Positions 9,785 to 19,602 of a stretch of DNA of 64,000 nucleotides are shown here, piece by piece. Every line of letters begins with the position of its first letter. Position 1 is the first letter of the stretch. Made by a program: the position numbers and the translations under genes. The notes under the pieces are model-generated. The model saw nothing but the letters and a program-made list of their open reading frames with translations. It was not told the origin of the DNA and ran no database searches. The stretch covers positions 3,443 through 67,442 of the forward strand of contig CAIZXS010000020.1 in NCBI GenBank assembly GCA_903937035.1, in the 5' to 3' direction. The DNA comes from an uncultured bacterium (lineage in GTDB: Bacteria > Patescibacteriota > Minisyncoccia > Moranbacterales > UBA2206).

Positions 9785-9798
9785 GTAAGTGACTCAAG

Positions 9799-12147
9799 CT
9801 ACTCAATTATCTTTCCGCCCTTTCCTACCTGATCAATTTTTACAGAAAGCATCTTCGACATTCCATCTTCTCCCATTGTAACGCCATAAAGCAAGGATGC
9901 TTGACGCATTGTTTCACGATTATGCGTAATAATCACAAATTGCGTGGAATCGGAAAGTTCTTGGATAATCCGACCAAAACGCTTTGAATTTGCTTCGTCA
10001 AGCGCCGCCTCCACTTCATCAAGAATTGAAAAAGGAGGTGGATTATGAGCAATTATGGCAAAAAGTAAAGCTAGCGAAGTAAGCGAACGCTCTCCACCAG
10101 AAAGCATCGCAAGGCTCGCTATTTTTTTGCCCGCAGGACACGCTGAGATATCAATACCAATTTCGTCCTTATCATCCTCATCCTCCGTAACAGCCTCATT
10201 TTCAACTTCGCCGTCCTGCTCATTAGCTTCACCATTCTCAGTAGAATCATCCTTCGTTCTGCGCGTTTTTATCTTAACCTTAGTCAGATGAGCGTCTCCA
10301 CCACCAAAAATAATGCGAAAATATTTGGAAAACTCTCTATTAATTTCATCAAAAGTCTCGTGAAACTTCTCATTAACTTTTTTCTCCATCTCTTTGATCA
10401 CTTCCCGAAGTGAAACCAAGGCATTTTCCAGATCGGCAGATTCAGTCGTCAAAAACTGAAAGCGTTTTTCAGTTTCATCATATTCAGTCACAACCAACGG
10501 ATCTATCCCGCCGATTTGCTCCATTTGAAATTTCAACTTAGCAATATCTCTTTCTAGTGAAAATTGATCAACAACCTCCAATGTTGTAGCTAGAAGTGCT
10601 ACATCCATCTTCAATTCTTCCAAAATACGCGCTCGCAAATCTTCTTCCCGCACTTCAATCTTTGCTAACGAAATTTTAAAATCATTGTACCGATCCTTGA
10701 AAGAATTGGCCTCCTCCTGTTTTAAGCGGAGCTCGCGCTCTATCTGAAAAAATTGCTGACGTTTATTGCGATCTAGTGCAATTTCGGCTTGAATTTCTTC
10801 AACTATTTTTCGCAAATCCTGCTCAAGCACGCTGATCTCCTCACGCACACGAAGCAACCTTGCTCGAAGATCAATAATCGCCTGAGAATCGACAGGCGCC
10901 GCCACCTCGACTGGTTTTATTTCCACTTTTTTCTCTGGAGCAGGAGCATCCTTCTTACCCTTTTCAATATCCCCCTTGAGCTCAGTTAACTTTATCTGAA
11001 TTTTTCGAGCCAATTCTCGCACAACCTCAAGATCATTCAAATCCTTGGCTGCGTTCAACTTTTGCACCAATGTTTCCTGATCACGCCGAATCTCCTCCAA
11101 ATTTCCCTTAACATAACTAAGGTCTACTGGTTGACTTTGAATCTTAATTTCTTCAATAATTTGAATACTTTTTTGCTTTTCCTTTTCGAGCTCAATCCGT
11201 CCTTCCGAAATAATCAACTCACGCTCCAAGTCATTTAGACTGCTCCGCTTTTCTCTCTGCAATTTTTCCAATTCCTGCAAAGCCTCATTCGTTTTTTCTT
11301 CCTTAGAGCGTCGATTTACTTCATCCACAAGTTTATCAGCTTCCCGCTGAATATTATTCATCTTCGCTCCCAAGGCGTCTTTCTCTTCATTCAGATTAAT
11401 CTTATCAGCATTAAACTTATTCCAAAGGTAGGTATAGAGCTTCGTTTGTTTTTCTTTCAGTTCCTTAGCGACAATCTCTCCCTGTGCCGCTTTTTCTGCT
11501 TGACGCTTAAGCACCTTCAGATGCGGCCGTATCTCTTCAATAAGTTCGCCCACTCGCACTAGATTTATCTTTGTTGTTTCTAATTTTCGGAGTGATCGTT
11601 CTTTTTTGATTTGATATTGCTTCACCCCTGCCGCTTCCTCAATCACAAATCGACGTTCGAGCGGCGTCGCATTGAGCACTGAATCTGCCATACCCTGATT
11701 GATGATGGCGTGACTTTCTTTGCCCACACCAGCTTTCGCCAAAATATCCACAATATCTTGCAATCTCACTCTTGAGCCATTGACCAAGTATTCACTTTCA
11801 CCACTGCGAAAAATTTTTCGAGAAATCGCCACCTCATCAAATTCCAATGGCAATCTTTTTTCGCTATTATCGAAATATAGTGTTACGACAGCGCTGCCCA
11901 ACTTGGCCTTTTTTCCTGATCCGGCAAAAATAATATCTTCCGATTTTTTACTCCGCAAGTTTTTCATCGATTGCTCACCAATCACCCAACGCATCGCATC
12001 GGCAATATTAGATTTTCCTGAACCATTCGGCCCGACAATAGCAGTTATCCCACGAACAGCGCCCTCCACGGGAGACGACGAAAAATCCAACACTGTTTTT
12101 GTTGCGAATGATTTAAATCCATTAATTTCCAATTTTTTCAAAAACAT
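9799..12147 (-). CDS. smc: Short SMC-family ATPase (782 aa), apparently lacking the hinge domain
   Basis: MFLKKLEINGFKSF start (Met13), Walker A GPNGSGKS, Q-loop INQG, LSGGE signature, Walker B ILDEVEAALD, ITHN. Confidence 0.88.
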   Translation of the reverse strand: MFLKKLEINGFKSFATKTVLDFSSSPVEGAVRGITAIVGPNGSGKSNIADAMRWVIGEQSMKNLRSKKSEDIIFAGSGKKAKLGSAVVTLYFDNSEKRLPLEFDEVAISRKIFRSGESEYLVNGSRVRLQDIVDILAKAGVGKESHAIINQGMADSVLNATPLERRFVIEEAAGVKQYQIKKERSLRKLETTKINLVRVGELIEEIRPHLKVLKRQAEKAAQGEIVAKELKEKQTKLYTYLWNKFNADKINLNEEKDALGAKMNNIQREADKLVDEVNRRSKEEKTNEALQELEKLQREKRSSLNDLERELIISEGRIELEKEKQKSIQIIEEIKIQSQPVDLSYVKGNLEEIRRDQETLVQKLNAAKDLNDLEVVRELARKIQIKLTELKGDIEKGKKDAPAPEKKVEIKPVEVAAPVDSQAIIDLRARLLRVREEISVLEQDLRKIVEEIQAEIALDRNKRQQFFQIERELRLKQEEANSFKDRYNDFKISLAKIEVREEDLRARILEELKMDVALLATTLEVVDQFSLERDIAKLKFQMEQIGGIDPLVVTEYDETEKRFQFLTTESADLENALVSLREVIKEMEKKVNEKFHETFDEINREFSKYFRIIFGGGDAHLTKVKIKTRRTKDDSTENGEANEQDGEVENEAVTEDEDDKDEIGIDISACPAGKKIASLAMLSGGERSLTSLALLFAIIAHNPPPFSILDEVEAALDEANSKRFGRIIQELSDSTQFVIITHNRETMRQASLLYGVTMGEDGMSKMLSVKIDQVGKGGKIIE

Positions 12148-12149
12148 CC

Positions 12150-12252
12150 TGTCATGAAGTATGAAACATAAAACACGAAACAAAAAGGCTTGAGCCTAAT
12201 TCGTCCTATGTTATATGCTTCATGTTATATGTTACATGTTATGCTACATGTA
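12150..12252. repeat. Inverted heptamer-repeat arms in the smc 5' leader
   Basis: atgaagt atgaaac ataaaac acgaaac faces tatgtta tatgctt catgtta tatgtta catgtt. Confidence 0.7.
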
Positions 12253-12305
12253 TTTTCATTCTACAACACTTTTGAAAATAAATAAACTCAAAGTCACAAT
12301 TAAAC

Positions 12306-12332
12306 AAAAACACTAGATTACTCTGGTGTTTT
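12306..12332 (-). terminator. Intrinsic terminator
   Basis: aaaacactag-attact-ctggtgtttt hairpin. Confidence 0.6.
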
Positions 12333-12366
12333 TGCCCTATCTTTTATCTAAATATCAAAGTCTCGA

Positions 12367-12798
12367 CTATTTTTTCTTCTCTACTGTCTGTGCTCTTGCG
12401 ACGGAAATCATTAAAACGTTTTTGGTTGTTTTGTCATATGTCACCTTAACTAAATCACCCTTCTTTAAGTCGGCCATCTGGCCAGCAGTTGGTTGATCTG
12501 CGCCCAAGGTGATTATGACCGGCGTGGCACCATTAATATTGACTAACGTTGATTCTTGGGGGGTTTTGATGGTAAGGGTCTTCTCAGCGATAACCTCTAC
12601 GCTACCCGAAATATCCACCCTAGCATTCTCATTGACTTTCGTCGCTTCTTGACCAAACATATTGTTTTTGACAATTGTTTTTTGGTCCACTGGCTTATTT
12701 GCTACGCTCTTATCTCGAATACTTTTGGCGATAATGAAAATTCCGCCAAAAAGAACAATGAGTGCAAAGACAAGAATGATTGTTTTTTTTGTATTCAT
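12367..12798 (-). CDS. Single-TM hypothetical protein (DUF5666/OB-like), paralog of 454-906
   Basis: N-terminal anchor; MADLKKGDLVKVTYDKTTKNVLMISV matches LSDLRVGDFAKVEYDNLTKRVDIISV. Confidence 0.75.
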   Translation of the reverse strand: MNTKKTIILVFALIVLFGGIFIIAKSIRDKSVANKPVDQKTIVKNNMFGQEATKVNENARVDISGSVEVIAEKTLTIKTPQESTLVNINGATPVIITLGADQPTAGQMADLKKGDLVKVTYDKTTKNVLMISVARAQTVEKKK

Positions 12799-12835
12799 GT
12801 TTTTTATTTACTATAAATTAACTTAAATTATTTAT

Positions 12836-15796
12836 CTACTTTTCTTGCCATTGACCAGAACCGCAAGGACCACAATATGCGGAATCACAAGTATTTGCCG
12901 GACAGCTCGCACAGATGCGAGGTTGTGTTCCGCAAACCCCCGCCCCACACGGATCCGAACAACCTGTAGTACAAGCTCCAGGTATACAGTCTATCACACA
13001 AGAATTTCCACTCCGTTTGAATCCAGCTTTGCAAGTGTATTCACATTTTCGAGCGCTGCCCGCCGGGAAGCTACAAGAGTCAACAACCAATCCGTCCATA
13101 TTTGCCGCTAAATAATCGTCATCACCAGGGCAAAGGTCGGCATTGGCAGGCGGATTGACGCAAGTAGCAGTGTTCAAAACACAAGTTCCAGCAGCGCCAT
13201 CCCAAATATAGCCATTCGCGCAAGAATAGCATTTCTGAGTACCACAGCAAACTGAACCATCAGTTACTATTTTGACGTTATATGTAGCTTCATCTATTGC
13301 TGAAAGCGGATTAATGCACGCCCGCATATCAGCACCAATAGGCTGACAAGTTGCTGCGCAAACACTTGCCGAAGTCATGCAGGGAGTTCCTGTAACTGTC
13401 CCATTGTAGGGCGTAAGTGAACAGCTGACCGTTCCAGTATCATTCAACATAACACCAAAGTTAGTATATTCCGAAGGGACATTGAGCCCATTGACTTGTG
13501 GCGTAAGCCCTGTGCAAGACAATGTGCAACCCTTAGCTTTCGTCGTTGTCCAGCTCAGAGGGCCCCAAGTGTCCTTAGAGTACGCTGTGCTACTAAAAGA
13601 AAAGGTAGTGCAAACAGGGGTTTGTGTATAATACTCACATGCCCCAGCCGCTCCAGTGCAACCGGTGGTTGCCACATCCTTCCAAAGAGTAACGCTAGGC
13701 AATCCTGATGTTTTCGTGCTAGGACAAACTTCTTGAAATTCAATCGGATCAGGCGGAGTGCCGGTACATGAATGAGGTACTGCCGGACCAACGGTTGTTG
13801 AGGCATAGCAAGGTGCACCTATAACTGCGCCCCTGCGAGGCAAAAGAGAGCAATTCACAGATCCTTCTCTATTTAGCATCACGCCATAATCAGTATATTG
13901 TTTATCAACAGTATTGCCAGAAAACTCAGGATCAAGACCCGTGCAAGACAGCGCGCAATCATCGGCATTCGTAGTTGTCCAGGTTAGTGGCCCCCAGACA
14001 TCCTTGACGTAGCTGCTACTACCAAAAGAAAATGTATTGCAAACAGGCGCTGCCACAACTTCATATCCATAATATAGCTCACCATAAGTTTGCGCAGTAT
14101 ACATGTAAGTAGAATATTGACTACCCCTAAAAAGTGCGGCATAATGGCCAGGCACTGATTGTGCGATACCAGTAGCAGTAGCTAACTGAGTGGTAGACTG
14201 TCCTGCCATTGGAGTTGAAGCTGAGAGCATGCCATATCTAGCCGCATTTATTTCCACATCCAATCCAACATAAGCCAATGCATTAGAACAAGTCGCTGCC
14301 CACGCCGTACCAGTAGCTTTAATCGCTTCTTCTGGTTTATAGACAGAGTTATTTAGACTTACAGTAAATGTAACCCCCCCAGCCGAGTCAGTAAACGTAA
14401 GCCCCTTCACGCCACTCGAAACTGATAACCCTGAAACGACCAAGATTAAAAGAATAAACGCATTAATATTCTTTTTTTTAATAAAAATGACCGTAAAAGA
14501 GATTATCGAAAGTAAAACGATGAAAGAAATTCCATAAATCAGTAAACTATTTTTTTGATTTTCTTTTTTTTGCGCCGGATCAATTGTAGCATTCCCTGAT
14601 ACGCTCTTGCTAATAAGCTTATAATCATTTTGATCAAGAATTAAACCTTTCGCATCTTGGATTGCGACACTGATTTGGGGGTTAAGACAATCAGTGGTGA
14701 TGGGAAAATCAAAAGATGGAGTTTTTTCCTTAGAATCAAGTTCTTTTTTACCATTTGCAGTAGTGCAATTGGCGTTGTTTTTATCTTTTATGGAAATTGT
14801 TACAAATAATTTTCCGCCATCTGTTGCACCAAAACGAGAGCCAGGAAAACTATCAGCAGAGGGAGTCCAAAAGAAAGAAGCCTTAGCAGTATCACCTTTT
14901 TGATAATAATCCTTGTCTAAGCGAAGATTCTGAATTGTAGCACTAGCTCCTCGCAACACATAATGAAAGACTACTTTATTAGAAATTACATCACCTTTAG
15001 TGTTAGCTAAATTAACAACAGCGTCATAAGCTTGAGGCATGATAGCTTTGGAAAGAGTAAAACTAACTTGCTTTTTTTCTTGTGGATTTAGTGCTAAAAC
15101 TTTTTGAGGCTCTTGGTTATCTGGAACAACTCGTCCAAAAGTAGTCCGCCAATGTGTTTCAATTTTTGGAGTAGCTGTCAACGCTACGCTGGAATGATTA
15201 GTGATTTCACAAGTCGCGATTAGCTTTTCTTCATTTTTAATATCCACACCCTGCCCTAACGTATATTGCTTGCCCCCCGCTTCTCCATCAACTTTCAAAA
15301 AGCAAGATTTAGCATTAATTTCCGCGTATTGCCCATCTCCATTTAATATCACATCGCCAGGATGAACCATCGCCAACATGAGGCCATTTTGATTTCTGGC
15401 GACAATCCAAAGTTGTAGATTACCAGAAAGATAAGCAGGGGCAACGTAAGCTATCTCTTTTGGAATTGTCTCATTTTCACCGAGATTGACTGCTTCTGGA
15501 TAAATCTGTTCGTCCATGACCACCTGAATACCCTTTTCTTCCTTAACTAGCCGTACAGCATATTTAACGTCCGGCTGGATATTGGCATGATTAGAAAGAT
15601 CAAAAAATAACTTGAACTTATTTTTATCTTGGGAAACTATTTTTGCGTTATAAACATCAACCATAGCCACAGTGACCTTATTTTTTTGTGTTGGCGCCGG
15701 AATTTCAGCGGCTTGAACACTTGAAACAAAAAATGTCAATACAAAAACGACCAAGATATTAATAGTTAATTGCTGGAAAACATTTTTTTGTTTCAT
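12836..15796 (-). CDS. Large secreted/membrane protein with Cys-rich C-terminal repeats (986 aa)
   Basis: Signal peptide (VQA|AE), two central hydrophobic segments, duplicated PVC.TFSF.S..Y.KD.WGPL.WTTT domain, CTG..P...CP...W...C...CEY repeats, ends GQWQEK. Confidence 0.85.
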   Translation of the reverse strand: MKQKNVFQQLTINILVVFVLTFFVSSVQAAEIPAPTQKNKVTVAMVDVYNAKIVSQDKNKFKLFFDLSNHANIQPDVKYAVRLVKEEKGIQVVMDEQIYPEAVNLGENETIPKEIAYVAPAYLSGNLQLWIVARNQNGLMLAMVHPGDVILNGDGQYAEINAKSCFLKVDGEAGGKQYTLGQGVDIKNEEKLIATCEITNHSSVALTATPKIETHWRTTFGRVVPDNQEPQKVLALNPQEKKQVSFTLSKAIMPQAYDAVVNLANTKGDVISNKVVFHYVLRGASATIQNLRLDKDYYQKGDTAKASFFWTPSADSFPGSRFGATDGGKLFVTISIKDKNNANCTTANGKKELDSKEKTPSFDFPITTDCLNPQISVAIQDAKGLILDQNDYKLISKSVSGNATIDPAQKKENQKNSLLIYGISFIVLLSIISFTVIFIKKKNINAFILLILVVSGLSVSSGVKGLTFTDSAGGVTFTVSLNNSVYKPEEAIKATGTAWAATCSNALAYVGLDVEINAARYGMLSASTPMAGQSTTQLATATGIAQSVPGHYAALFRGSQYSTYMYTAQTYGELYYGYEVVAAPVCNTFSFGSSSYVKDVWGPLTWTTTNADDCALSCTGLDPEFSGNTVDKQYTDYGVMLNREGSVNCSLLPRRGAVIGAPCYASTTVGPAVPHSCTGTPPDPIEFQEVCPSTKTSGLPSVTLWKDVATTGCTGAAGACEYYTQTPVCTTFSFSSTAYSKDTWGPLSWTTTKAKGCTLSCTGLTPQVNGLNVPSEYTNFGVMLNDTGTVSCSLTPYNGTVTGTPCMTSASVCAATCQPIGADMRACINPLSAIDEATYNVKIVTDGSVCCGTQKCYSCANGYIWDGAAGTCVLNTATCVNPPANADLCPGDDDYLAANMDGLVVDSCSFPAGSARKCEYTCKAGFKRSGNSCVIDCIPGACTTGCSDPCGAGVCGTQPRICASCPANTCDSAYCGPCGSGQWQEK

Positions 15797-15926
15797 TTTA
15801 TTGTTTTATTTTATTTATTAATCAACGAAAGTTTTTTACATTAATATATTACAACACATTTGAAAATTTGTCATTTTTTCCAATCAAGATTTACAATTCC
15901 GCCCTCAAAAAACTAAATTTTCTCAC

Positions 15927-18900
15927 CTATTGAATCTCCCGCCATCCGCCAGAATTACAAGGGCAATAAATTGATCCCGTGCAGCTACTAGCGGTACACG
16001 GATCGGCACAGCCAGAACCAATTGGTGCTGATGATGTGCATGTTTGATATTTATTTCCACAAATTCCTGCGCTGCATGTAAGCGTAGCGGGAGAACACAG
16101 AGCGCCAGGACATGCGATATATTCGCAAGAACCACCTACATTGCAAGTACCAACTGGTCCCCAATTTTTTGCCACTGCCAATCCAGTCTCTATCGTACCT
16201 GGGCATTTGTAAAAACCTGGGGGTACCGACAACCCGCAATCAAATAATGCTGGTGGCGTATAGTACTCGCAATTTCCTCCTGAGATACAGCTAAGTGCAC
16301 TGGGTCCCACATTATGCCATGGATTAGCAACATTTGTCAGTGTGGCTGGACACATCATTGAGCCTGCAGGGATAGAGCCTGTGCAAGAAAGTGATGTTGT
16401 GCAAGTTGCATTCGTTGGATCAAGAGAATTGCGACACACACCCGTTTCATATGAATAAGGCGCAACTTCTCGTCCAAGAGAAGTGCTGTAACAAATTCCA
16501 TTGGGGATATTTCTACAGGCATAACTTTGATTATCCACATGCCAATAGTTCAAGCCACAGGGCTCATTACAGCTAGCAGCATCTTTACAAGTAGTGCTGT
16601 CCAAAACATTGCCGGTATTGCGACAATAACAAGTACTAGTTCCGTCGCAACCATCCATTCCACCATAACAATCCATAGGGTAACTGCACATAGATGTGTC
16701 AGTGCATGTGCCATTGCAAGGTTCTTTTGTTACGCAAGGGCTACATGTTGGATCACCAGTTCCATTGCAAGTCGTAATGCAACCAAAAATTGGATAACAA
16801 TCAAGACCGGCCTGACAGTCACTGTCAGTGGAACAAGCTCCGCGACAACCAGATGGTACGACTAGCGGAGTATAATACTCACACTTTCTTGGGTCCGAAC
16901 AACTCCCATATGAAGTTCCCACATATCGCCAAGGAATAACTACCGTCAATCCAGTGTCATCCCCCGGGCACATTATGGAATCAGCAGGAACAGATCCAGT
17001 ACATGCTGTCGACGGAACACAATTGCAACCATCACAAGTCGTCCCAGAAGGACAACTTCCACCACTGAAAACCAAGCTGCACGCACAGTTTTTCGTACAC
17101 ATCGTTCCATTCCAGGTATAACCAGCAGCAGTGTCACATTCATAGCAAGATGTTCCACCGCAACAAGTAGCGGAGGTCGTAATGCCATTAGTCAAAGACG
17201 CCATACAGCCAGGACCAGTGGAGCATGTGGCACTACAACAATTTTTGATCGAATAATCGATACTACCTTCGCCAATTTTGTCATAGTCCGCTGCCACATC
17301 ACTAACATAACCATGTTTAAAAGCATACGTAAATTTAGCTGAGTAATTTCCGCAAGTCCAACCACTGGTACTGAAATTATATGCACCAGCACTGATAGCG
17401 CCCTCGTTAGTGATATAGGACGAATTAATAATCCACTGCGCGGGGTTACTTCCTGTTGTTTGCACAACCATTCCCGTTGTCACGCCGTTATTGCAAATAT
17501 TGGCCCCGATTGAGAGGCCAGCAGCCTGAATGGTGGTCCCTTGATCAACAGAGCATCCGCTACTATTGCAACTGCCGCCGGAGCCATTATTCAAATTATA
17601 GGAGAACTGAACAATATCCCTATAACAACCATGAACTTTACCATCAACAGAATACCAATAAGCGTTATTATTACTAAATCTACACAGAGAGACAGACTGG
17701 TAGTCCACAGGGCACACTGGAGTGGCATCTAAGGTCGCCTGCGAAACTCCACAATTGAGCATACTAACAAACTGTGTCCCCGTCGCAGCAGATTCATCGA
17801 ATGTTTGCCAAAAAGAATCCCCCTCCAATACTGCCACCGATATCGCCCAGGACTGATTTGTCCATAAAAAAGAAGCTGCGAAAACCAAAAAGAAAATACC
17901 AGTCTTGGAAATATTTGCGATTCTCCACTTCTTCCAATGAAACCAATTCACGATTACCAATATTAAAACTAAAATTAAACCGATGATTACCACGAGAAAA
18001 TTATTTTTACCTTCCCGCTGAACAGCTGACTTAGCCTGCTCTTTTCCCGGCTCAGTCTTGATGATTTTTTCATATAAAAGCTGCCCTTCATTAATCAATT
18101 TAATGGTAACAATAGGATAGAGACAATCTTTTTCCATTGGAACAGTCAGGATGGTTTTAAATTCTCCGGTTTTCTGAGTTAATTTCCCACCACAAGAATT
18201 TCCCTTAACATCTCTAAATTCAACTTCAAAGCGAGGATCTTTTAAATAGCTTCCACCAGTCCGAGAATCACGAAAAGTGTCCGCCGATCCTGCCCATAGC
18301 AAAGCTAGCTGAGCATTCTCTCTTGCTTTATATTGATTTTTGTCGAGACTGGCATTGATAATGGTGCCGCTTTTGCCAGAAAGAACAAAGTGAGCGAAGA
18401 CTGGATTGGAAACAATTTTTCCCTCTTTCTTGAAAACAATCTTGGCATCATAGGCTTGAGGATTTTCCGGCAAACGAATAGCGAGCTTGACCAATTTTTC
18501 CTCATCCTTGTTGAAAGTAACGGCTTCGTTTTGCGATACTTCTAATTCTCCAGTTTTTCTCCCATAGAAATCTCTTTGATAGAATTCAACCGTGGGCAGA
18601 ACTGTCACGTCCTCTCCGATAAGATTTTTAATCTGACAGTTGAAAAAAAGTTTTTCTTCTTTTTTCAAATCCACTCCTTGACTCAGATTATATTTCTTGT
18701 CATTTTCTCCTTCAATTGTCAAATAGCACGAACTACTTTGCTCGATGAATTTTTTTGATCCAGCTAGATTGACATTGAACGATTGACCAGCCAAGACCAT
18801 TCCGCTTTCATCTTTAACTTTGAGCCAAAGAACAAAAACGCCATTCAAGTATTCTGGAGCTTGATAGATAATCTCTCGGCGAACTGACTTATTTTTTTCG

Positions 18901-19292
18901 ATTGTAATTTTATCTTCTGAAAAAATTTTGACATCCGCAAGGCTAGTCCCATTATTCTCTCCCTCTTTGAACAACTCCAAGCCATAAATCAAGTTGGATT
19001 GAAGTTCCATAGAATTATCCACATTGAAAACTAGCCTCAACTGATCCTTTTTTAATTCGCTTATTTCAGCATTGCTAATGTTAACATCAGCAATAATTTC
19101 GACTTTTGCCTTGGAACCATTTCCTATCTTAGTCAGATCATCAGCGGTCAGAATCTCCTCTGCGCTACCGCTCTCAACTGGCTTCGCCAACTCCTCAAAA
19201 ATAGCCTTAGTATCATCAACTGCCAAAGTAGTTTTTCCGGAGCACAATAAAATGATTACTAAAAAAACCGGGAGGACTAATTTATTTTTCAT
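15927..19292 (-). CDS. Large secreted/membrane protein with Cys-rich C-terminal repeats, paralog of 12836-15796
   Basis: Start at Met21; signal peptide; shares QGVD.K.EEKL, PQAYDA, LDK..Y, W..SAD.F..SR.G with its neighbour; ends GGWREIQ. Confidence 0.85.
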   Translation of the reverse strand: MKNKLVLPVFLVIILLCSGKTTLAVDDTKAIFEELAKPVESGSAEEILTADDLTKIGNGSKAKVEIIADVNISNAEISELKKDQLRLVFNVDNSMELQSNLIYGLELFKEGENNGTSLADVKIFSEDKITIEKNKSVRREIIYQAPEYLNGVFVLWLKVKDESGMVLAGQSFNVNLAGSKKFIEQSSSCYLTIEGENDKKYNLSQGVDLKKEEKLFFNCQIKNLIGEDVTVLPTVEFYQRDFYGRKTGELEVSQNEAVTFNKDEEKLVKLAIRLPENPQAYDAKIVFKKEGKIVSNPVFAHFVLSGKSGTIINASLDKNQYKARENAQLALLWAGSADTFRDSRTGGSYLKDPRFEVEFRDVKGNSCGGKLTQKTGEFKTILTVPMEKDCLYPIVTIKLINEGQLLYEKIIKTEPGKEQAKSAVQREGKNNFLVVIIGLILVLILVIVNWFHWKKWRIANISKTGIFFLVFAASFLWTNQSWAISVAVLEGDSFWQTFDESAATGTQFVSMLNCGVSQATLDATPVCPVDYQSVSLCRFSNNNAYWYSVDGKVHGCYRDIVQFSYNLNNGSGGSCNSSGCSVDQGTTIQAAGLSIGANICNNGVTTGMVVQTTGSNPAQWIINSSYITNEGAISAGAYNFSTSGWTCGNYSAKFTYAFKHGYVSDVAADYDKIGEGSIDYSIKNCCSATCSTGPGCMASLTNGITTSATCCGGTSCYECDTAAGYTWNGTMCTKNCACSLVFSGGSCPSGTTCDGCNCVPSTACTGSVPADSIMCPGDDTGLTVVIPWRYVGTSYGSCSDPRKCEYYTPLVVPSGCRGACSTDSDCQAGLDCYPIFGCITTCNGTGDPTCSPCVTKEPCNGTCTDTSMCSYPMDCYGGMDGCDGTSTCYCRNTGNVLDSTTCKDAASCNEPCGLNYWHVDNQSYACRNIPNGICYSTSLGREVAPYSYETGVCRNSLDPTNATCTTSLSCTGSIPAGSMMCPATLTNVANPWHNVGPSALSCISGGNCEYYTPPALFDCGLSVPPGFYKCPGTIETGLAVAKNWGPVGTCNVGGSCEYIACPGALCSPATLTCSAGICGNKYQTCTSSAPIGSGCADPCTASSCTGSIYCPCNSGGWREIQ

Positions 19293-19559
19293 TTTGTTTT
19301 TTAAATTTAAATTAATTTTAACTACCCCAATTATTTTCAAACAATAGCACATCTAAGCAAAATCCTTTTTGAGAGTCACTCTCCCTACTAGCTTTTCTAT
19401 TTCTAAAATATTCACACGCTCATTGCGCCACCAATCCCTTTTCTTATTTAAGTCATTTCTAATAAATATATTCTACATCATTTCGAAAAATTGGACAATG
19501 AGCCTTTTGCTGATATAATTAATGTGCGCTTAAAAATAAATAAAAAATGACACTACAAA

Positions 19560-19599
19560 CCTCCTTCGTCCGCCCTGGGCGGACTATGGCGGTCGAAGC
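19560..19599. repeat. CTCCTTCGTC-hairpin-ACT..GGCGG.CGAAG palindromic element just upstream of the corA start
   Basis: ctccttcgtccgccctgggcggactatggcggtcgaagc; related copy on the minus strand at ~31503-31547. Confidence 0.65.
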
Positions 19600-19602
19600 A
19601 AG

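Noticed and set aside
12836-19292. Diversity-generating retroelement target
   Set aside because: No reverse transcriptase and no TR/VR pair differing at adenines was seen in the window
9481-19292. Integrated island anchored at tRNA-Glu
   Set aside because: The duplicated end encloses only ~170 bp, there is no integrase, and the flanks are housekeeping genes
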